IMG/VR virus record: IMGVR_UViG_3300031951_000010
Direction: 5' to 3' (one strand)
DNA from: a virus
Length of the DNA stretch: 64,000 bases
Of this stretch, positions 9,664 to 19,772 are shown piece by piece. Every line of letters starts with the position of its first letter. The first letter of the stretch is position 1. The notes under the pieces are model-generated. The model searched no databases. It was not told where the DNA came from and saw nothing but the letters and a program-made list of their open reading frames with translations. The position numbers and the translations under genes were made by a program.

Positions 9664-9771
9664 TCAGTTTTTGCTGTTTTTCTTTTTATATTGATTTTCG
9701 ATCACGAAAGTGGACAGGAATGCTGTGATCGTTGCGATCACGATCACAGCTACGATAATGTCATTGTTCAT
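9664..9771 (-). CDS. Small membrane protein (35 aa)
   Basis: MNNDIIVAVIVIATITAFLSTFVIENQYKKKNSKN; ATGA overlap with the upstream ORF. Confidence 0.55.
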   Translation of the reverse strand: MNNDIIVAVIVIATITAFLSTFVIENQYKKKNSKN

Positions 9772-9884
9772 TTTTTATTTTTCCCGATTATGTAATTGAT
9801 TGTGATCGTGATCAGTGCGGTCAGTGTTGCTAGTGCCACGATAGTTCCGATGACTGCTGTTGTTAGGATAAAGATTTCTTTCAT
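9768..9884 (-). CDS. Small membrane protein (38 aa)
   Basis: MKEIFILTTAVIGTIVALATLTALITITINYIIGKNKK; SD-like GAGAAG upstream. Confidence 0.55.
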   Translation of the reverse strand: MKEIFILTTAVIGTIVALATLTALITITINYIIGKNKK

Positions 9885-9947
9885 GATTTTCTTCTCACCA
9901 TTGTTGCGATTATAATTCCGATGATAATAATGATCGATGCGATAGTA

Positions 9948-10313
9948 TCAGCCATTTCCATTTGTTTTGCTCCATCTTGTTCCTGTTCTTGGGTGCCATA
10001 CAAATTTTTTTTGTGTTGATTTAAGAATCCACCACATGTCTCCTGGCCAAACGTCTACGATTGTATTATTTTCGTCTACGAATTTATATCCCCCGAAAGT
10101 ATTTAATGTTCCGTCTTTGGGCATAATCATTGTTGCTTCATTCCATTTGTGGTATGGGACAATAAGATCATAATCTCTTGGATTTTGGTTTTCGGGGTTC
10201 GCGGGTGACCCAACGATCCACGCATCAAGTCCATGAGTTAGTTTTGTAACAATAGCAGGAAGTGTTCTCATTTTATTTGTGATACATTGTGTTGATCGGA
10301 TGTTTTTGTCCAT
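9948..10313 (-). CDS. Minimal nucleotidyltransferase-like protein
   Basis: WIVGS...RDYDL...VDVW (GS/DxD/D pattern). Confidence 0.55.
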   Translation of the reverse strand: MDKNIRSTQCITNKMRTLPAIVTKLTHGLDAWIVGSPANPENQNPRDYDLIVPYHKWNEATMIMPKDGTLNTFGGYKFVDENNTIVDVWPGDMWWILKSTQKKFVWHPRTGTRWSKTNGNG

Positions 10314-10740
10314 TGATCATAAGTTCTTTGGCATCATTATAGAGAAGATAATCTTGCAGAAATGTATCAATGCCTTTCCACTCGACGTTTTGCCATTTCT
10401 TGGCTGCTTTCACGAATGGAAATCTCACAGCCACGGTGTTGTAGATAAATTCTTTTGATATCGCGGATGGTTTAGCTAGGATAAGAAAAGTTCCATCGCT
10501 TGCTTGTACTAAGATTCTATTTTTCAATTTGGGTTGATTATCGAGATACATAATTGTGATCATCATGAAGAATGGTATTAGGACCATTGTGAAGTACAAT
10601 ATTGCTTTGATGTTTTGTGGATTTGTGTTACAGGCTGCGATCAGGCTTCCTATTAGTGTTGAAAATAAGATAATGATCGGGGCTAGTGTTCTGATTTTAT
10701 CGACTAGTAGCAGATATCCCACGAACATTGCGAATTTCAT
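10273..10740 (-). CDS. Membrane protein
   Basis: Several hydrophobic segments; likely start MKFAMF. Confidence 0.6.
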   Translation of the reverse strand: MKFAMFVGYLLLVDKIRTLAPIIILFSTLIGSLIAACNTNPQNIKAILYFTMVLIPFFMMITIMYLDNQPKLKNRILVQASDGTFLILAKPSAISKEFIYNTVAVRFPFVKAAKKWQNVEWKGIDTFLQDYLLYNDAKELMINGQKHPINTMYHK

Positions 10741-11024
10741 CGTGGTTCTCCGAATTGGATCATGCTTGCATACCACTGATAGTCGATCTCATTAGTATCC
10801 ATAGTTTGGATTTCATTTTTGTCCCATTGAATATCGGGGTTGATTTTGAAGCATTTTGTTTGTTGGGTATTTGTTTCGTCAGTGAAGATTTTTTGTTCTG
10901 TTGTGATGGCCCAAAGTTCATCTTCTCCCATTTGTATGAATTTAATATTTCCGATCAGATTCTGGTGAAAGACTTCTTTGAGTTCTTCTTTGTTCATATT
11001 CGAGAGTTGTTTTGCTGTGATCAT
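10737..11024 (-). CDS. Hypothetical protein
   Basis: 95 aa in a tightly packed operon. Confidence 0.6.
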   Translation of the reverse strand: MITAKQLSNMNKEELKEVFHQNLIGNIKFIQMGEDELWAITTEQKIFTDETNTQQTKCFKINPDIQWDKNEIQTMDTNEIDYQWYASMIQFGEPR

Positions 11025-11046
11025 TATATTTATTCTACGATGGTGT

Positions 11047-11769
11047 TTAATCGTTTGTTTCTCTTTTTGCGTTATAGATTTCCCAATCTGTTGCTGTCAT
11101 ATCTTCATATGTTGGTGTGTACATGTTTTTATGATCGGGGTGTTTCCATATAATCTTGCTATTGGGATTATGGTATGGAATTTCCATTGTGATTCTTTCT
11201 TGTTTTGGCCACGATTGTCTTCTAATTTCTTCTCCTTCTGTTAATGATCGTGAGGCATCGTACCATGTTCTTCCCTTATTTAGTCTTTTCATTTTTTCTT
11301 TCGGGATATACCATGTTGGTTGGATATAATCGGGGTATGCGTCATCTCCGTATAACGAAGGTATTTCCCAGTTCCACGATCCTGTGTGGCTTTGTTCATA
11401 TGATGCCCATTGCCATCGTCCATTGTAGACGAATTCTGTTTTTCTACAGTTTCCTTCCGTGTGTGTTTCATACCAATGGCTAATAGGAATTGCGTCTCTA
11501 GAGTCGATAAGATCGTAATGTTCTTTGGGTGTTTTTTCTGTATTGTTTTTATTTTTTAGATATTGTTTTGCTTGTGTTGGATTTTCTTGTTTAAGACATT
11601 TGACTACATCCATGCTAAATTCTGTATAGAGTCCTTTTTGGTGAAGCCATTGGATATAGTCTGTGTCTTTTTCCATAACTTCGATCACTGTATTTCCTTT
11701 ATAGTGTCCAAAGTCCAATATTGATTCCAGTGTAAGTATTCTGCGGTTTTTTGTCACAGTTTTTTCCAT
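11047..11769 (-). CDS. Protein with N-terminal DUF3820/ExoX-C-like domain
   Basis: LDFGHYKGNTVIEV...DYIQWL motif. Confidence 0.55.
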   Translation of the reverse strand: MEKTVTKNRRILTLESILDFGHYKGNTVIEVMEKDTDYIQWLHQKGLYTEFSMDVVKCLKQENPTQAKQYLKNKNNTEKTPKEHYDLIDSRDAIPISHWYETHTEGNCRKTEFVYNGRWQWASYEQSHTGSWNWEIPSLYGDDAYPDYIQPTWYIPKEKMKRLNKGRTWYDASRSLTEGEEIRRQSWPKQERITMEIPYHNPNSKIIWKHPDHKNMYTPTYEDMTATDWEIYNAKRETND

Positions 11770-11960
11770 TCCCAATTTGTCATAATATCCCACGCCCAAT
11801 TTTGTCGAACGGGGCCATTTTCATATATCACCCATCCATCTTTCGTTGCGATTAGAATTTCCCGATTAGGTCCAGTAAACGGATGTAGTTTTTGTGTTTG
11901 TTGAAAAGCGTTTAGACTTTGCACTTGTCCTTCCGTCCAGGGTGTATATATTTTATTCAT
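11754..11960 (-). CDS. Hypothetical protein
   Basis: 68 aa, WT..QV..LN..Q....HPFT phage-type motif. Confidence 0.6.
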   Translation of the reverse strand: MNKIYTPWTEGQVQSLNAFQQTQKLHPFTGPNREILIATKDGWVIYENGPVRQNWAWDIMTNWEWKKL

Positions 11961-12259
11961 CAGTTATCATCAATGAGTTTGTTTAGTTTTTTCTCTGATG
12001 TTGGAAAAACGAAGCAGTCTTTATCATCTTTTCTAATCGGGGCAAAATTGGCTTCTGTTAGTTCAGTGTACGTAAATCCAATCCCTATTTCTGTTGCGAA
12101 TTCGATTATATCAAGATCGCCCACAGTTCCTGTCCAATAAAGTTCTCCGAAAGTATAAATCGCCCATCTTGGTGGTCCAAAATCTTGAGAATCTATTTTG
12201 TAGAAATTTAGATTAAGGTGCGGTTCCACAGTATCTTTTCGTTCAACGTTTACGATCAT
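11960..12259 (-). CDS. Hypothetical protein
   Basis: 99 aa, coupled start/stop. Confidence 0.6.
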   Translation of the reverse strand: MIVNVERKDTVEPHLNLNFYKIDSQDFGPPRWAIYTFGELYWTGTVGDLDIIEFATEIGIGFTYTELTEANFAPIRKDDKDCFVFPTSEKKLNKLIDDN

Positions 12260-12543
12260 TTACTCATGGGCTCCAGCGGGGCTACAGTTACTTCTTCTTC
12301 TTCAACTCTTGCGAAATAAAGTTTGCCTTCAAATCGGAGTGTAGCAGAACATTTGGGAGTAGCATACTGCAAGTTTTGCGTATAGCCGATCATTTCTGCC
12401 CCAGGTAATATATTAGTCAATCGAGATCGGCATGCTTCGCCTTCTTTTCGCTTCTGTTCTTCCCATTCTTCAGCTGTGTAGCAACCGAGGCAGAGAAAAG
12501 CTGCAGCAGCGATGAGGCCAATGAATTTAATTTTCTGTTTCAT
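12256..12543 (-). CDS. Putative lipoprotein
   Basis: MKQKIKFIGLIAAAAFLCLGC lipobox-like signal. Confidence 0.55.
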   Translation of the reverse strand: MKQKIKFIGLIAAAAFLCLGCYTAEEWEEQKRKEGEACRSRLTNILPGAEMIGYTQNLQYATPKCSATLRFEGKLYFARVEEEEVTVAPLEPMSK

Positions 12544-12551
12544 TATTTGTA

Positions 12552-13763
12552 TTACGATATTGTTTTCTTGTTTATTTCTTGTTCATTGGGGTTGGCGATT
12601 TCTTTCCCGTTCATATAGAATTCTTCTGTACCGATCCATTCAGTAAATGCGGGCTTATTATTTTCTCTATGCAGGCATCCATCTTTGTGCCAAAACTTGC
12701 CCCTTGGTGATACAACCGATGGTTCATCATCGTAGCTATGTAGATATCCATCTTTTGTTGCAGTAGCATTACAGTTATTAGCTTTAATTTCTTTGATTGC
12801 TGGCAGCAGTCTTAGTTTTCTTACTGAAACTGTTTCATTGAAGTATTCTGAAGTATCTTCTGTCCAATCGATTTCCACGGGGAAAATTTGGATTCCATTT
12901 TCCTTCTTAACGCGATCCACGGGGCAATCCGTGACATGAAAGCCTGTGTAAAACAAGAAAATATCTCCTTCATAAATCTGCCATTCTCCTGGCTGATCAT
13001 CTTTAGGCAAGTCCCACGTGTGTTCTCCTCCGTTGAAAGATTTACCATTTTTTAGGACTTTATAATATTGTTTTTCTCGATTTGGAATAAGACTATTAGA
13101 ATTATCATTATGTGCTTTGTTCATTTCAATTGAGATTGTTTCTAATCGGGGTGAAAAATCTACAAAACGTGTTTTAGATAATCCTTGGTAATTCATTCTT
13201 ATCATTTCATTATATCTGAATTTTCTCTTCTCGATCTCACTGAATTCGATATTTAATCCATTTTCATTACAATAGTGTTCTCCTTCTATTAGCCACTGTT
13301 TTGTTCCGTTTGTGTGAATGATTGCTGGCAGGTTATTTTCTCGATGAATTTTCCCGTTTTTATACCAATATGTTCCATACGGGTTTGTGATCGCGGGTTG
13401 ATCATCGTAGCTATGCAGATATCCATCTTTTGTTGTAATGGTATCGTTCCCGATTTGAATTACTTTTACTGGAGTCAGCAGTCTCATTCTTTTAACTGCG
13501 ATTATTCCTCGATCTGTTTCTTTTTGTTCAGAAACTCCGCGGCTGTAATCGATTTCCACGGGGAAAATTTGATTTACTCCAGGATAGTTCCACTTTGATG
13601 GCTTACACGTGATATGAAATCCTGATTTCCATAGGGTGACATTTTCTTCATCAACTTCTTGCCACTCTCCTGGATTCCCGTCCTTAGGAAGAGAGAATTC
13701 AAAGTTTCCATTGTGCCAAGATTGACCATCTTTGAGCATGATATAGAATTGTTTTTCGAACAT
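12552..13763 (-). CDS. Duplicated-domain protein with HRxDxPA-type repeats
   Basis: Two copies of [LPKD..PGEW..GFH.T..QIFPVEID] + TKDGYLHSYDD.P + W.K.G..HRENN.PA; paralog of 26271..27284. Confidence 0.75.
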   Translation of the reverse strand: MFEKQFYIMLKDGQSWHNGNFEFSLPKDGNPGEWQEVDEENVTLWKSGFHITCKPSKWNYPGVNQIFPVEIDYSRGVSEQKETDRGIIAVKRMRLLTPVKVIQIGNDTITTKDGYLHSYDDQPAITNPYGTYWYKNGKIHRENNLPAIIHTNGTKQWLIEGEHYCNENGLNIEFSEIEKRKFRYNEMIRMNYQGLSKTRFVDFSPRLETISIEMNKAHNDNSNSLIPNREKQYYKVLKNGKSFNGGEHTWDLPKDDQPGEWQIYEGDIFLFYTGFHVTDCPVDRVKKENGIQIFPVEIDWTEDTSEYFNETVSVRKLRLLPAIKEIKANNCNATATKDGYLHSYDDEPSVVSPRGKFWHKDGCLHRENNKPAFTEWIGTEEFYMNGKEIANPNEQEINKKTIS

Positions 13764-13920
13764 ATAATTATTCTACGATCATTCTTCATTGATCATTTCT
13801 TCTCTGGGGATTTTTCAATGATCGTTTATATTTTGATGAAAATCGAGTAAAATTGTATTAATTTTTCGAAAAACTTTAATGATTGTTTATATTTTTCGAG
13901 TGATATTTTTGAATTTTCGA

Positions 13921-14223
13921 TCATACGTATCCTGCCCTTTCCATCATATCTTGTGCTGGGTGTTTTGCGCCTGAGTATCCTATTCGTGGAATTGCGACTT
14001 CTGTATGATCTTGGTTTGTCCAGAATGCGTATTTCCCGTGCCACCAGATTGTATCTCCGATTTGAATTTCGAGGGAATCTTTATTTCTTTCTACATACAG
14101 TGCGCACTGATCGTGGATACATTTTTCTCCACGACAAGTTGGTCTATAGCAGATATTGCTTTTGACGTTCACCCAGACTTTATTTCCGCAGTCAAGGGTT
14201 GTAATTATTGTGCCTCCGATCAT
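13921..14223 (-). CDS. Hypothetical protein
   Basis: 100 aa. Confidence 0.6.
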   Translation of the reverse strand: MIGGTIITTLDCGNKVWVNVKSNICYRPTCRGEKCIHDQCALYVERNKDSLEIQIGDTIWWHGKYAFWTNQDHTEVAIPRIGYSGAKHPAQDMMERAGYV

Positions 14224-14237
14224 GTTGGTTCTGTCTC

Positions 14238-14657
14238 CTATTGTGGGTTTTCGTCATTGACTTCCATCTGTATTTGTTCAAGCTCAAATCTGATTAGAAG
14301 AATAAATCCTCCATGTGTCAAAGTGTTGAAAAATATCCTTCCATCATCATTGCACAATGCGCCATTAGTTTGCAAAGGGTCTTCTATGCATTTTAATATC
14401 CAAGTATGATTTTCACTCTTCTTCCAGTTTGGCAAGAATTTTTCGAGTATATTTTCTATTTGATTTAAGTCTAAAGGCTCTTTTTCACAAGCAATGGCAA
14501 CCAACATTTCAAGCCTAAGATTATCCTTGTAAGTGCGACACATGTAAGATTTTAAATCAGTGTCAAAAACTCTTATCGGCCCACCGTCGCCAATAGTATA
14601 TTCTCTTTTATCGTCAGAAATTTTTTTCTCTATAATATATTTTAATTTATTTTTCAT
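14238..14657 (-). CDS. Hypothetical protein
   Basis: 139 aa. Confidence 0.6.
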   Translation of the reverse strand: MKNKLKYIIEKKISDDKREYTIGDGGPIRVFDTDLKSYMCRTYKDNLRLEMLVAIACEKEPLDLNQIENILEKFLPNWKKSENHTWILKCIEDPLQTNGALCNDDGRIFFNTLTHGGFILLIRFELEQIQMEVNDENPQ

Positions 14658-14806
14658 ATTTTTGTTTCACCTGGGGGGGCATTAATTGCGCCCTCATACA
14701 TACAATTCGCACGAGTTCACAAGTGGATATTTTTATTTACTGATTATAACGATTGAAATATGCCCTTTGTTTATCAGAGTCTATTCCAGCAACCTGGGGG
14801 TGGGGA

Positions 14807-15064
14807 TCAGGGAAGGATATAGACGAAGCTCTGATCGGGGCAATATTTCTCGGTGCCGTCGGGGAGAAGGATGTATCCGCCTTCCTGGACGCGGGCTTCC
14901 GAGGCGATACTACTATTACCAGAACTGTCATCCAACATGACGATAAGGTCCCCGTGATTTTCGAGTATGGATTGTAATTGATTGATTAAATGAGTGATTT
15001 TCATAGTGTCTATTTTTTTTTTTAGTTGTTGTGTGTTAGTGATCGCTGCATTCTTTTGATTCAC
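14807..15064 (-). CDS. Hypothetical protein
   Basis: MKIT.LI.QLQSIL..HGDL.V phage-type motif; start uncertain. Confidence 0.5.
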   Translation of the reverse strand: MNQKNAAITNTQQLKKKIDTMKITHLINQLQSILENHGDLIVMLDDSSGNSSIASEARVQEGGYILLPDGTEKYCPDQSFVYILP

Positions 15065-15069
15065 AATTT

Positions 15070-16164
15070 TTATTTTGCTCCAAATAATATGTCGAAATCG
15101 CGCCGTGGCATTGTCTTGCGTTGTGCTAATAAGTCTTCTTTTGGAAGAGATGGGTTCATAATCCAGGCAGGGAAGTCAAATTTACATGGTTCGTGAACTT
15201 CGCAATCTAGGAATTTAATTACTCTTACATTTTCTAAATTCGCTCCTAGATTCCAGTCTCTTTCTGCAACAAGCGTTTTGATATTTCTTGAACTTATGTC
15301 TTTACTATTACTTTCAGAAATGAAGGCTAGATTATCGTTTTGGAAGATTTTTGTAAACATGTGGTTTGATTGTATTTTTAGATTCCTATCTGGAAAGTTC
15401 TCTACCATTTTTTGTGCAAAGCTCAAAAGAGTTCTTGGGTCAGATTTCGAAAGATGTAATACGATTTGGTCTTTATCTGCATTATGATATAGTTCATATA
15501 TGGCACAAATTGCCCCAAGAAATGTTTGTCCTCCGCGCCTTCCTATACGTGTTATATGATAGGGTTTTGGTGTGTTTTCATCCGAAATATCCAGTATGTT
15601 TTGGAAGAATTTCAGTGTGTCTTCACTTAATCCATATAATTCTGGGATGGGATTGTACTTTAATTGACTTATGTCTTTCTCATCCACGCGCAAATCCTCA
15701 TTAAACTTTGTGCCAGCATACAATACTTTTAAAAATATTGCTTGCACAGGATGTAAATCACACTTCAATACTAATCGAGAAAAATCGAGGACATTTAAGG
15801 AGTCAATTTCTGCCCCGCTATAAAAAGTAATATAAGGTAGCCCTTCACTTGGGTCCACTCTAAAATGGATATTGTATCCTGATTCCTTTCCGTATTGTTT
15901 AATTTTTGCCTTCACTGTCTCGGCCACGGTTGTATTATCAGGCAGTGGAGAAAACCAAAGTGATGGCTGATAATTTCCAGGGAAAATTTGTTCATTAGAA
16001 AGCTTTAGTTTCGAAAAACTTTCTACATTGCATGATGAGATTAGGTGATTGTTTATAGCTTCACAAATATTTTGTATCAGCGGTTCTACAAGATTTGTAC
16101 GCGCATCCATCGCGCTTTGTTGTGTAATGATCATATTCATTTTTTTCCAGTCATTCTTCCTCAT
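15070..16164 (-). CDS. Degenerate terminase-ATPase-like protein
   Basis: RIGRRGGQT (Walker A K replaced by Q) and C-terminal PAWIMNP...FDILFGA resemble terminase-like ATPases. Confidence 0.45.
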   Translation of the reverse strand: MRKNDWKKMNMIITQQSAMDARTNLVEPLIQNICEAINNHLISSCNVESFSKLKLSNEQIFPGNYQPSLWFSPLPDNTTVAETVKAKIKQYGKESGYNIHFRVDPSEGLPYITFYSGAEIDSLNVLDFSRLVLKCDLHPVQAIFLKVLYAGTKFNEDLRVDEKDISQLKYNPIPELYGLSEDTLKFFQNILDISDENTPKPYHITRIGRRGGQTFLGAICAIYELYHNADKDQIVLHLSKSDPRTLLSFAQKMVENFPDRNLKIQSNHMFTKIFQNDNLAFISESNSKDISSRNIKTLVAERDWNLGANLENVRVIKFLDCEVHEPCKFDFPAWIMNPSLPKEDLLAQRKTMPRRDFDILFGAK

Positions 16165-16218
16165 TTGGAAACCCTCATCTGGGTGTTTTAGAGTGACGAT
16201 GTTTATTATACAGTTTGC

Positions 16219-16476
16219 CTATTTAGGTTTTAGTTGCTTTGGCCGCGTAAGTTTTTTCTCTCTGCCTCTGCGACTACGAACATTATTGTTGTTGCGTTCC
16301 ACAATAGCTCGTTTAGCAGATTCCTTTAATTCAGGCGACGAATGCCCTATGTGCCACATTTTGCATTTTCGGCATTTATATGAAGTCATAGTAAAATCAG
16401 CCAGGCTAGGACCAGCTATTGCCAAAAATGCATCTGCCTCTGTTTGGACATCAAAGGACCGCTTTTTACATCTCAT
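16219..16476 (-). CDS. Small Zn-binding phage protein
   Basis: C.KR.F....A...YKCRKCKMWHIGH. Confidence 0.6.
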   Translation of the reverse strand: MRCKKRSFDVQTEADAFLAIAGPSLADFTMTSYKCRKCKMWHIGHSSPELKESAKRAIVERNNNNVRSRRGREKKLTRPKQLKPK

Positions 16477-16492
16477 AAAGATACCAGATTAA

Positions 16493-16756
16493 TTAATTGT
16501 CATCATGTGAATCTTTTTCAATCTGAAGGACGGCGTCGAAATCTTCGACTGTCTTGAATTCTTCAGCCACGACTTCCAGATTTTCTCCAGAAGCGATCAC
16601 ATAGTATGGTTTGTCTTTAAGTGGTGGATATTTAAATACCATTAACCGATAGGGACCACTATCGGGTGTGTTGGGATCATTTTCTTCCTTGTAAAAGAGA
16701 ACACGATAGTTTTTATCAAGAAGTGATTGAATTTCTTTTATGTCTTTGATATTCAT
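16493..16756 (-). CDS. Hypothetical protein
   Basis: 87 aa. Confidence 0.6.
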   Translation of the reverse strand: MNIKDIKEIQSLLDKNYRVLFYKEENDPNTPDSGPYRLMVFKYPPLKDKPYYVIASGENLEVVAEEFKTVEDFDAVLQIEKDSHDDN

Positions 16757-16778
16757 GATATTATTCTAGTTTGTTTTT

Positions 16779-17216
16779 TTAAATTTTGACTTTTCTACAG
16801 TAGTCTATTCCACTGAGGAAATATCCGAAAAGATTTCCACGACTTGCTTTCACTCCAATAAAGGATTTTGAGGGCAAGATGTAAGCTTCATCATCTCCGA
16901 TGAATTCATTTATTAATATGTCGCGGCAATTTGATTCCTCTTTGAGTTTTTCGAAGTTTTTCGAGGAACACAATAATGTGATGGCCACAAGATCATATGC
17001 TTCAATCTCCTTACATGCTGCTTCAATATCGGGGGAGATTTTCGAGGTTTTAAGGCAGCCCCAAAGTTCTTCTTCAATGTCTTCTCCGATTTCTCTATTT
17101 AAGCTTTGGTGAATTTCATAGTCTTGATTGTGTTTTTCGAAATGAAATATCGCGGGATACCCTTCATCAATATAATGGTTTGAAAGCAGCACGTTTTCGA
17201 GTGAAGTATGATTCAT
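16779..17216 (-). CDS. Hypothetical protein
   Basis: 145 aa. Confidence 0.6.
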   Translation of the reverse strand: MNHTSLENVLLSNHYIDEGYPAIFHFEKHNQDYEIHQSLNREIGEDIEEELWGCLKTSKISPDIEAACKEIEAYDLVAITLLCSSKNFEKLKEESNCRDILINEFIGDDEAYILPSKSFIGVKASRGNLFGYFLSGIDYCRKVKI

Positions 17217-17431
17217 GGTTTGTTTTTCTTGATCATATCCTTAAGTTCTTCGATAGTTTCTGGGAGACACTCTGCGATTTCTCGATTGTCCATAAGATCG
17301 ATTTTCGAGTATTCTATTCCCAGAAACTCAAGTGCTTTTTCCGCGGAAATTGTATGATTTTGATAAGCCAATTTCCCATCGACATATAGAGCTGTCCAGT
17401 CATCCATTATTACGATAGTAGTATTCATCAT
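17213..17431 (-). CDS. Hypothetical protein
   Basis: 72 aa, DDWTALYVDGKL.YQNH motif. Confidence 0.6.
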   Translation of the reverse strand: MMNTTIVIMDDWTALYVDGKLAYQNHTISAEKALEFLGIEYSKIDLMDNREIAECLPETIEELKDMIKKNKP

Positions 17432-17605
17432 GCTCCATCATCCAATCGAAGATATCCGCAACAAGAACAAAGTACTCCTAGTCCAGGATATGTATATGTG
17501 TTTTTCGAGGAACATGATTTGCACTCGATCATAACATTTAATTCTTTTAGGTTGTATTGTGATGCATCGTTTGATGCATCACAATTGTTCGCGTTAGTGT
17601 TCATT

Positions 17606-18619
17606 TTATTTTACTGTTGTGCTTTGGTTATCGATTCGACCAACGAACATTGCTCCCTTGTCATGATGGGTGTATCCTGCGTCGATCAATCTTTCGATTC
17701 TTCCGAGTCTTGCATCAATTCCTGTTAGATTTGCTTCTGGGCGCGGCCCACGATCATGTCTCATTCCATATCTAAGTGTTCTCAAATGCGCACCCGAGTT
17801 TAATCGAACATGTGGGGTTTCGGCAACTTTTCTCACATGCAAAACTCCAGCATCAAGACTAATTTGCCCGCCGATAAATCCATTGAGTTCAACAACTGGG
17901 CTGCTTACTGTTTCCATGTGCGCATAGTGAACGTGGAAATTTGTCATGGTTTGTGATGTTTCTTTAATTCTCGAATCAGAATCAATAGAAATGTTTAGAG
18001 CTGGCACTCCTTCTCTTAAAGAATACGCAACAAGATATTCGATGCTGATTTCCTCCGCACTAACAACTTCAACAGCTGATTTTTCGAAGTGCCCATTGGC
18101 GTGCAGTCTTGCAAAGTGCCCCCATGGCTGCTTGTCTGATCCATCTTGAAATCCTTGTCTAAAGAGGATTCCATGCTTGGGCATTCCCGAAAGTGGAGTA
18201 CCAACTCCATGCACCGAAATGATCCCCGATTGTTCAATTCTCATTCCTTCAATCGTAAGCACAGTCTTGCCTGACCAATTAGGGTTTTGTTGATATGCTA
18301 ATGTGATCGTGCCTCGAAGCTCAACGATATTTTGATAATCATATGGCTTTGGCAATCCGCCGATATATTCAAAAACAACACCAGGTGGATTTACATAAAT
18401 AAGTCCATGGCCACAATCTAGTTCCACGACCAATGGAGCCACCACGCCCATCTTATGGGTCTCGTAAATTTCGAGGCGAAATTCTCTCATCTTTCGATTG
18501 AGTTTTTCGAAGATCGCAGTATTATGCTCAGCAGCTGTCGGATCATTAAGTATGATTCCTTTTCTTCCGATCTTAATGTCTCTGAGCTGAATTGTTCTAT
18601 CTGTTCCAAACCACTTCAT
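17606..18619 (-). CDS. Hypothetical beta-rich protein (possible beta-helix)
   Basis: 337 aa, G/I/V-rich; function unassigned. Confidence 0.55.
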   Translation of the reverse strand: MKWFGTDRTIQLRDIKIGRKGIILNDPTAAEHNTAIFEKLNRKMREFRLEIYETHKMGVVAPLVVELDCGHGLIYVNPPGVVFEYIGGLPKPYDYQNIVELRGTITLAYQQNPNWSGKTVLTIEGMRIEQSGIISVHGVGTPLSGMPKHGILFRQGFQDGSDKQPWGHFARLHANGHFEKSAVEVVSAEEISIEYLVAYSLREGVPALNISIDSDSRIKETSQTMTNFHVHYAHMETVSSPVVELNGFIGGQISLDAGVLHVRKVAETPHVRLNSGAHLRTLRYGMRHDRGPRPEANLTGIDARLGRIERLIDAGYTHHDKGAMFVGRIDNQSTTVK

Positions 18620-18997
18620 TGTTGTTCTCTGATTTATTTTCTTTTGAAAATATGTTCAAAAAATATTAGGTTAATGTAATGGGATTTTCGAGGAAGTATT
18701 TTAGGTAAATTTTCGAGGAAGTGTTCTTGAAGCTCAAATGATTAAAGTTTTTCGAGCAAGTGTTCTGAGATGCTTTTTAAGATCGCGGATAATTGTAGAT
18801 GCAACAGATGCAGTTTTGTCTTCGTATAAAAATTAGCTCTTGAGTACAAAGAACACATGATCGTGGATCATGTCCGCATTTTATGTTGTTGTTTTACTCG
18901 ACCAGTGATAAACTTTGTTGATCTTGTCTTTAATTTATATATGATTATATGACAAGAGAAATAGGGGATTTTTATTTATTAGAGAGCGTATAAAATT

Positions 18998-19573
18998 ATG
19001 AAACAAAAGTTAATCATCTATGATATCGATGGCGTTGTAGCGAATAGCCAGGCTAGATATCAGCGAAATGGCGGAGATTTTCCGCTGGTCAAGCATGACT
19101 ATAATGAATTTCGCAAGTGTATGGTTAGATATGCTGAAGATGTGCATGATGACCCAAGTTTAGAGGTAGGTGTGAGCATGATTAATCAGATTCGACTAGG
19201 CCTCGATGTTGACCGCATGGTCGCGGTCACTGCTCGGGGAGAAGAAGGAAGAGAAAAAACTCTTTCGTGGCTCCAGTCCCATATGCCGTGGGAAGTGAAG
19301 AATGAAGACTTGATTATGAGGCCTGCTTATGTTGAATACTCTCCAGGCGTATATTGGGTAGAAAGTGAAGAGAAATTTGATGCTGTGGAATTTAAGCGAA
19401 TGGTGGCTGTCGAATTGATGGAAAACTATGATGTTGTAATGGCATTTGATGATCATCATGATATTTCACATGCTTATTGGGAAATAGGAATTCCCTCTGT
19501 CTGTTTAATGGTTCCTGGAGTGGATCAAGGCACTCGAATGCAAGCTGCAATTTCGAATGTTGTTCAAGGATGA
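18998..19573 (+). CDS. HAD-family phosphatase (PNKP 3'-phosphatase-like)
   Basis: IYDIDGVVA, VTAR, K, and AFDD motifs. Confidence 0.8.
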   Translation: MKQKLIIYDIDGVVANSQARYQRNGGDFPLVKHDYNEFRKCMVRYAEDVHDDPSLEVGVSMINQIRLGLDVDRMVAVTARGEEGREKTLSWLQSHMPWEVKNEDLIMRPAYVEYSPGVYWVESEEKFDAVEFKRMVAVELMENYDVVMAFDDHHDISHAYWEIGIPSVCLMVPGVDQGTRMQAAISNVVQG

Positions 19574-19764
19574 GATTGCGTTGTTGTGTTTGTGGAAGAT
19601 GGATGGGATGCGATGAAGAAATTCGAGACATTTCATTATCATCGGAGAGTTATTATGAGGATGCAGTATGCTCGTTAGCACATCGATCATGTTTAGAGGA
19701 AGAGAATGATCGGGGCTATAAAGACGAAGAGCAATATAGCTGCTGTTTAGATTCTTTTCGGTAA
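19570..19764 (+). CDS. Small Zn-finger protein
   Basis: MRLRCCVCGRW...HRSC; overlaps the upstream stop codon. Confidence 0.5.
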   Translation: MRLRCCVCGRWMGCDEEIRDISLSSESYYEDAVCSLAHRSCLEEENDRGYKDEEQYSCCLDSFR

Positions 19765-19772
19765 GGAGTTAT

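Noticed and set aside
18684-18766. Three TTTTCGAG(G/C)AAGT repeats
   Set aside because: Short, degenerate and irregularly spaced; TTTTCGAG is common in this window.
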